Origin: a virus
IMG/VR virus record: IMGVR_UViG_3300043395_001970
Coordinates: 17,810-81,809 of that record
Length of the DNA: 64,000 nt
Strand: one strand, 5' to 3'
Shown here: positions 58,601 to 64,000 of the stretch, in pieces
How positions within the stretch are numbered: the first letter of the stretch is position 1
How the letters are laid out: every line of letters begins with the position of its first letter
The notes under the pieces: model-generated
Databases searched by the model: none
The model's input: the letters and a program-made list of their open reading frames with translations, nothing else
What the model was told of the DNA's origin: nothing
Program-made: the position numbers and the translations under genes

Positions 58601-61600
58601 ATAATAGTATCTTCCCGCAATAATGCTTCTCTCATTACCACCATAAAGAATATCAGTTGCTACTGCATCAATTATATAACCCAAATCTCTTTCACACTTA
58701 GATTGAGAATACACAAATCCTTGCCAAGAAGAACTTAGGTATGCGATTGATTCTGATACAATAAATCCTTTGTTAGTTCTTAATGATGCCCAAGAAGAAG
58801 AAATAAATGATGATGAGAAATGTGTTAATACAGTATTTCTTACTACTTTCTCTGCCATTCCACCTGCAAACTTTAATGCAGTTATAGTTTGGTCTAATTG
58901 AGAACCAGTTGCTGCAGATGGATATTCAAAATAGAACTTACCATTCACAAATGATGCTGAATTGCCACCATATAAAAGGTCATAAGCTGCTCCGCTTATA
59001 ATTAATCCCACATCCCTACTACAACTTGCCTCATTATATACAAATGTTGACCAAGATGAACTCATAAATGCTATCGTTTCATCTACAATCATTTGTTTAT
59101 TATCTAATAATAAATTGTATGCTGCGTTTACTTTAGCGTTTGTATTTGGTGTGTTTGCAGGTGCTTCATAGATTACGGATGATGTACCATAACTTAACAT
59201 ATCAATTACATAAGAAAATGATGATGATATAAGTTTAGCTTGTAATCTATCAGCTCCACTACCACTTATAATTTGTGGAGTAGATGTTACTTTAATGCTT
59301 GCTGAAGTATTTGATATTAATGTTGGTATTACTGATTTTCCGTTTTGTACAATATTCAATACTATACCAAACAGATTACCTATTCTATTAACTTCAGAAG
59401 AGCTTCCTGTTATTGAAACCGAAGTTGCTGCAGTTGTTTTTACTGAGCCGGATGTGTTTGATACTAATGTTGGTATTGAACCTGTACCATTGTTTATTGT
59501 ATTAATTACATTTCCAAATGAGCTACTAATACTTGCTGTTTGTGTATTATACGTTCCACTTCCTAAACTTTGTGTTACGGATGAAATATGCAATAAAGTT
59601 GGTGTACTTAGTTGGAATCCATAATTGTAGTTATTTGCTAAACTATCAGGTACAGAAGCAGAACCCCAATAAATAATATCTCTTATTAATCCAAATGAAG
59701 CGGTTGTTATTCCTACTTCAATTGAACTAGCTGAAACCGAGGATGTTATTTGAGATTCATTTGATACTTTAATAGATGAACTTGCGTTTGTAATAACAGT
59801 AGGTACAACATCCAATCCACCAGCTATTATTTCAGTTACTAATGCAAACGATGAACTAACTTTGTTAATTTCAGTTGATGTTGCAGAAATAGATGATGTT
59901 ACCGGCAATATATTACCTACTCTAATATTTGAGTTTGTGTTAGAAACTAAAGTTGGTGAAGATAGTATTACATTTTGTACTATTTTTTTAGTCAAAGATT
60001 TTGCATATTCAACCCCAGCTACAGTTTCAATAACTTGGTCAACCTTAGTTGCTTTAGATGGATAACGATAATAGTAATCACCAGCAATAATACTTCTTTG
60101 GTTACCACCATACCATAAATCAGTTGCTACATTATCTACAATATATCCAACATCACGTCTACATTTCTCTCTATTGTATCTTAAATAAGGATAGAACGCA
60201 TCAATGAATTGGATAGTTTCATTTTGAATGAATTGTCTATTATTTTTCATTAATGTGTATGCTGATTTTACATAATCAGTTGGTTCTACCAATAGTACTT
60301 TAGATATTACATTTTGTGCTACACCTGCTGCAAATCCAATACCTTCTAATGTAGGTCCTTTTTGTGCAGCAGTTGTTGGAGAGATAGATGATGTTACGGT
60401 TGCTGCAGATGGGTATAAGTAATAGTATTGTCCTGCTTTAGAACTTCTCTCATTGCCACCATAAATTAAATCAGTTGCTACATTATCAACAATATATGCA
60501 ACATCTCTCTTACAAGTGTTTTCGTTGTATGAGAATCCACCAACACCACTCCAAGATGAAGATAAAAATGCAATTGTTTCTTCTTGTATAAGTTTTTTAT
60601 TCTTATTTAATAAGTTCCAGCCTGCTATTTCTGATTTTGTTGGTTTTACTAATAATTGGTTAGATGCAATCTTTTCAACTAAACCTTTTGCGTATTTTAC
60701 TCCATCTAAAGTTTGTCCTAATTGTCCAGAAGAATCACCATCACCATCTACAGTTGCTAATGAAGGATATAAGTAATAATATTCACCAGCTTCTCTACTT
60801 CTTTCGTTTCCACCATAAAGAATATCAGTTGCTACCGCATCAATTATATACCCAACATCACGTCTACACTTAGATTCGGAGTATTCAAAGAAACTCCATG
60901 CAGAATTTAAGAAACCAATAGTTTCAGTTTGTACTAATTCTCTATTATCTGCAATTAATTGGTAAGCTGTTCTTACTGAAAGTGATGCTGTTGCAAATAC
61001 TCTATTGTGTAGTATTTGCTCAGTCATATGCTTAGCATGTTTAATACCACTCAATGTAGGTCCTAATTGAGATGTAGTTGCTTGTGAAGGATATGTATAA
61101 TAAAAATCTCCAGCTTCTCTACTTCTCTCATTACCACCATAAATAATATCTGTTGCTACCGCATCTAAAATGTATCCTACATCTCTTTTACAAGTTTGTT
61201 CATTGTAAGATGCTGTACTCCAGCTAGCGGATACATATGCTATAACTTCATCAGCAATAAATCCTTTATTTTTGAATATTAATTCTTTTGCTTGAAGTTT
61301 ATTTTGAGATACCTTAGAGAATGTATATCCTCTTAATAATTTATCTGCCAAATCCCTAGCATATCCAATACCAGTTACTGTCTCCTGAATTTGAGAACCA
61401 GTTGCTGCTGATGGATATAAATAATAGTAAATACCTGCTTTAATAACTCTTTCGTTACCACCCCATTTAGTATCAGTTGCTACCGCATCAATTATATAAC
61501 CAACATCTCTTTTACAAGTTGTTTGGTCATAAGAATGCGAACTCCAAGAAGAAGATAGATAAGCTATTGTTTCTTCTTGTATAAATGTTTTATTATTTAC

Positions 61601-64000
61601 CAAAATATTATACGCTACTAATGATTGAGAAGTAGGTAATGCAAATTGAGTATTTAAAATTACTTTTTGTGCTAATTTACTTGCGTAGAATAAACCATCT
61701 AAAGTTTGATTTAATTGTGCTCCTTGCGCTTGTGATGGGTATTCGTAGTAGAATTTACCATTCACCAAAGATGCAGAGTTACTATTCCAAATAAGGTCTT
61801 CAGCTGCGCCACTAATAATTAAACCAATATCACGTCTACACTTAGTTTCATCATAAGATGCTGTACTCCAAGAAGAACTTAGGTATGCAATAGTTTCATC
61901 TTGTATGAATTGAATATTTTGTTTCAATATTCCATATGCTGCTAATACAGCTGATGATGAAACTGAATTACTATAAGATGATGTAGATAAATTAGTTATT
62001 ATAGAACCAGTACCATTTGCTATTATATTTGTTACAATTGAAATAGATGCTGATATAGCATTTACTTGCGTTGTTGTTGCAGATGATGCTGAAATATATT
62101 GTGGTGTAGATGTTACCTTAATATTGTTGTTTGTATTCACAACTAATGTTGGTAATGAACCTGTACCATTTTCTAATATATTAATTACTCTATTGAAACT
62201 TGATGAAATATTATTAGCTAATGATTTAGAAACAGCAACGGAAGAACTATATTGTGCTTCGTTTGTAATTTTTACCAAACCATCAACATTTCTAACTAAA
62301 GTTGGTAATGAACCAGTATTTGCAAAAATGTTTAATATAACATCAAAATTATTATTTGATGCACTTATAAATGTAGAAGATATTGATGCAGTTGAAACAA
62401 ATTGTGGGTAATTTGTTTTTTTAACCAATCCTCTTGCATTATTAACTAATGTTGGGATTGAACCTGTTCCATTTGCTATTATATCAATTACAGTATTAAA
62501 TCCTATTCCAGCTTTTATAGCATCAGATGATAGTGGTGTAATTGAAGATGTAATTTGATTATATATCAATTCATTTGATATAATACTATTTACAAATTCT
62601 TTAAGATATATTATACCTTCTAAAGTTTGATTTAATTGAGAACCTGTTGCTAGAGATGGGTATAAATAATAGAATCTTCCCGCCTCTACACTTCTTTCGT
62701 TACCACCCCATAATACATCCGTTGCAACATTATCTAAAATGTATCCAATATCTCTCTTACAAATTTGCTCATTATAATTACCTGTCCAAAGATTTGAATT
62801 AATTTTTGCAATTGTTTGTTCTTGTAACCAAGTTTTATTATCTAATATTAAATTGTAAGCGCTTGTTCTTGATTCAGAAGCTGTTACAAATGTGAAATTC
62901 TGAGCTATTTTTTGTGCTAATCTACCAGCATGTCTTATACCATCTAATGTTTGGCTTAATTGAGCTCCATCAGCTTGAGAAGGATATTCTAAATAAAATT
63001 TACCATTAACAAATGATGCAGATACCGAATTGAACAACAAATCTTCAGCTGCTCCACTAATGATTAATCCAACATCCCTTCTACATTTTTCTTCACTATA
63101 AGAAGCGGTTGACCAAGAAGAACTTAGATATGCTATTGTTTCGTCCTGTATAAACTTAACATTTTGTTTAATTAAGTTGTATGCATAGAATGCATTTGAT
63201 GCAGATGTAGCTGATGTATATGATGATGTTGGTAATTGCGTTATTACTGAACCGCTACCATTTCTAATTATATCCAATACAACCGCAAATGAAGATGAAA
63301 TAATAGCCGCTTCATTTAAAGTACCAATATTTGATGATGTTATGTATTGTGGTGTGGATGTAACTTTAACACTCTGAATTGTATTAAGTGTAATTGATGG
63401 TATTGAGCCCGTTCCATTTTCTACAATATCTAAAATTATATCAAAATTATTTGCTACATTTGTTTTATCAGAAGATTCAACATTTACAGATGATGTAATT
63501 TGAGAACCAGCAATTCTAGCTACTCCTTTGACAGAAGCGGATACGATTGTTGGTATTGCACCCAATCCTTTATCAACTATATTAATTACATTACCAAATG
63601 ATGATGATACAATTTGTTTATCAGAAGAAATAACATTATCTTTTACTAAGAATTGTAGTTCTGATGATTTTCTTATTCCTTCTGCATTGTTTGTAACTAA
63701 TGTTGGTGCAGTAATACTACCACTACCAATTATTTTAGCTACAATATCAAATCCATCTTCAATTGGTTTACCACCAATTGCTACCAATTCTGCCAAATCT
63801 CTAGCAAATTCAATAGCATCCACAGTTTCAGTTACTTGTGCATCAGTTGCTTGAGAAGGATATAAATAATAGAATCTACCAGCGGTAATACTTCTTTCAT
63901 TACCACCATATACTAAATCAGTAAGAACATTATCAATAATAAATCCAGTATCTCTATAACACTTATCTTCTTTATAATTTAAAGTTGGATAAGTATCATT
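55628..64000 (-). CDS. giant virion protein, 5'-partial (>2790 aa), with at least 18 phycobiliprotein-like CxRD helical repeats
   Basis: The frame stays open from 63823 to the window edge (NDTYPTLNYKEDKCYRDTGFIIDNVLTDLVYGGNERS...). 18 copies of C-x-R-D(V/I/L/T) in ~100-aa units. Confidence 0.85.
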   Translation of the reverse strand, partial: NDTYPTLNYKEDKCYRDTGFIIDNVLTDLVYGGNERSITAGRFYYLYPSQATDAQVTETVDAIEFARDLAELVAIGGKPIEDGFDIVAKIIGSGSITAPTLVTNNAEGIRKSSELQFLVKDNVISSDKQIVSSSFGNVINIVDKGLGAIPTIVSASVKGVARIAGSQITSSVNVESSDKTNVANNFDIILDIVENGTGSIPSITLNTIQSVKVTSTPQYITSSNIGTLNEAAIISSSFAVVLDIIRNGSGSVITQLPTSSYTSATSASNAFYAYNLIKQNVKFIQDETIAYLSSSWSTASYSEEKCRRDVGLIISGAAEDLLFNSVSASFVNGKFYLEYPSQADGAQLSQTLDGIRHAGRLAQKIAQNFTFVTASESRTSAYNLILDNKTWLQEQTIAKINSNLWTGNYNEQICKRDIGYILDNVATDVLWGGNERSVEAGRFYYLYPSLATGSQLNQTLEGIIYLKEFVNSIISNELIYNQITSSITPLSSDAIKAGIGFNTVIDIIANGTGSIPTLVNNARGLVKKTNYPQFVSTASISSTFISASNNNFDVILNIFANTGSLPTLVRNVDGLVKITNEAQYSSSVAVSKSLANNISSSFNRVINILENGTGSLPTLVVNTNNNIKVTSTPQYISASSATTTQVNAISASISIVTNIIANGTGSIITNLSTSSYSNSVSSSAVLAAYGILKQNIQFIQDETIAYLSSSWSTASYDETKCRRDIGLIISGAAEDLIWNSNSASLVNGKFYYEYPSQAQGAQLNQTLDGLFYASKLAQKVILNTQFALPTSQSLVAYNILVNNKTFIQEETIAYLSSSWSSHSYDQTTCKRDVGYIIDAVATDTKWGGNERVIKAGIYYYLYPSAATGSQIQETVTGIGYARDLADKLLRGYTFSKVSQNKLQAKELIFKNKGFIADEVIAYVSASWSTASYNEQTCKRDVGYILDAVATDIIYGGNERSREAGDFYYTYPSQATTSQLGPTLSGIKHAKHMTEQILHNRVFATASLSVRTAYQLIADNRELVQTETIGFLNSAWSFFEYSESKCRRDVGYIIDAVATDILYGGNERSREAGEYYYLYPSLATVDGDGDSSGQLGQTLDGVKYAKGLVEKIASNQLLVKPTKSEIAGWNLLNKNKKLIQEETIAFLSSSWSGVGGFSYNENTCKRDVAYIVDNVATDLIYGGNERSSKAGQYYYLYPSAATVTSSISPTTAAQKGPTLEGIGFAAGVAQNVISKVLLVEPTDYVKSAYTLMKNNRQFIQNETIQFIDAFYPYLRYNREKCRRDVGYIVDNVATDLWYGGNQRSIIAGDYYYRYPSKATKVDQVIETVAGVEYAKSLTKKIVQNVILSSPTLVSNTNSNIRVGNILPVTSSISATSTEINKVSSSFALVTEIIAGGLDVVPTVITNASSSIKVSNESQITSSVSASSIEVGITTASFGLIRDIIYWGSASVPDSLANNYNYGFQLSTPTLLHISSVTQSLGSGTYNTQTASISSSFGNVINTINNGTGSIPTLVSNTSGSVKTTAATSVSITGSSSEVNRIGNLFGIVLNIVQNGKSVIPTLISNTSASIKVTSTPQIISGSGADRLQAKLISSSFSYVIDMLSYGTSSVIYEAPANTPNTNAKVNAAYNLLLDNKQMIVDETIAFMSSSWSTFVYNEASCSRDVGLIISGAAYDLLYGGNSASFVNGKFYFEYPSAATGSQLDQTITALKFAGGMAEKVVRNTVLTHFSSSFISSSWASLRTNKGFIVSESIAYLSSSWQGFVYSQSKCERDLGYIIDAVATDILYGGNERSIIAGRYYYDYPSEATDEQLEPTLTGVRHARGLAMNIVSGSTFVSPNSNNQYAYNLIKKNKTFIQEETVAFVNAKYPELDYIESKCRRDVGYIVDAVATDLLYGGNERSNKAGEFYYLYPSLATESEQVAETTTAIDYARRLTEQIINSNLVPEPQIILNTTNNIKVTNTPQYISGSSATSNEVSAISASISIVANIIAKGTGSSVISASLTLPTSSYTTAVSDDNKWIAYGILKNNIAFIQNETIAYLSSSWSTASYDENKCKRDVGLIISGAAEDLVFNSNSASVVNGRFYYDYPSQAQGTQLNQTLDGIKYASRLAQKLILNTVYVTASMEASASHQLMRANKKFIQEETIAYISSSWVGLQYSESLCRRDVGHIIDAVSTDILYGGNERSANAGLFYFLYPSLATTGSQLEPTVNSIDYAGGIAKNIIQNKVFVTASQVVSASVTLLRNNREFIQEETMHYLTSSWANFNYDKVKCRRDVGYIIDGVATDLLYGGNERTVMSGEFYFKYPSKATLLGDGDGDGQLKQTNDGINYASRIAQKVIQNVQFNTASLAVSSSVYLLRENKNFIAAEAIAYVSSSWSGVKYNEASCSRDVKYLIDAATTDLLYGGQERSVIAGTYYYLFPSRATNAGVPSEQNQLDPTITGVRYAGRLASKSVTNPTYADAWVVSGSLMRTAQLLTFNKSLIQKETITFLSSSWSTLKYNEVSCSRDLGFIIDAIRTDLVYGGNERSIEAGSYYYRIPSVAIAESYTDNGEVGQKKQTVDGINFARGIAEKVVTNTQLTYLAPTTKRRQAAARLVAAKDELKQRAIGYTNGAFPYLVYNEASCSRDTGLIVDACATDLLYGGNERAIAAASSYYNGQFGSAAAVINQQKLETLETNRYLRTRAEFIAAGAPLESFGSLIVATGIDYSYNGSGVTFKALPPNQGGSGVANPIYEITELGGGRIFFTSGNQDGDFRIGTGLSINQATGTLVGRTFSKSLFSLVTPFSLALQI

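Noticed and set aside
1-64000. Alternative genetic code
   Set aside because: Genes are full length and densely packed under code 11; TAG and TGA both serve as stops.
55628-64000. Calling the phage a cyanophage with a captured phycocyanin gene
   Set aside because: The promoters are Bacteroidota-type, no photosynthesis genes are present, and the units lack the N-terminal helices of true phycobiliprotein subunits. The similarity is at motif level and unverified.

Overview
A 64-kb segment of a large, AT-rich, T4-like (contractile-tailed) bacteriophage genome, with essentially all genes on the minus strand. Six promoters match the Bacteroidota sigma70 consensus (TTTG-N20-TAnnTTTG; one has a variant -7 box), so the host is probably a Bacteroidota species. 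From left to right: (1) a DNA-modification cluster (partial GT-B glycosyltransferase, two Mom-like GNAT paralogues); (2) class II RNR, DUF5522 and thioredoxin; (3) an Hc1-like protein, helicase, 5'-3' exonuclease, RecA/UvsX and gp32-like SSB; (4) GH19 endolysin, a 1993-aa multidomain protein, a secreted nuclease, an atypical short family A polymerase and a phage tmRNA; (5) baseplate, tape measure, chaperone (probable +1 frameshift), tube and sheath genes; (6) three giant virion or fibre proteins. The most striking observation concerns the rightmost giant protein (>2790 aa, running off the window). It contains at least 18 tandem helical repeats with an invariant C-x-R-D, typically KCxRD(V/I)GY..GG. 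These align by eye with the chromophore-binding region of phycobiliproteins (phycocyanin alpha 'KCARDIGY', Cys84/Arg86/Asp87). The next giant carries two type-1 copper (cupredoxin)-like sites and about 1000 residues of proline-poor Gly-X-Y. Together these suggest a possible chromophore/metal-decorated virion module in a phage of a non-photosynthetic host. All family assignments are from motif recognition by eye; no database searches were run.
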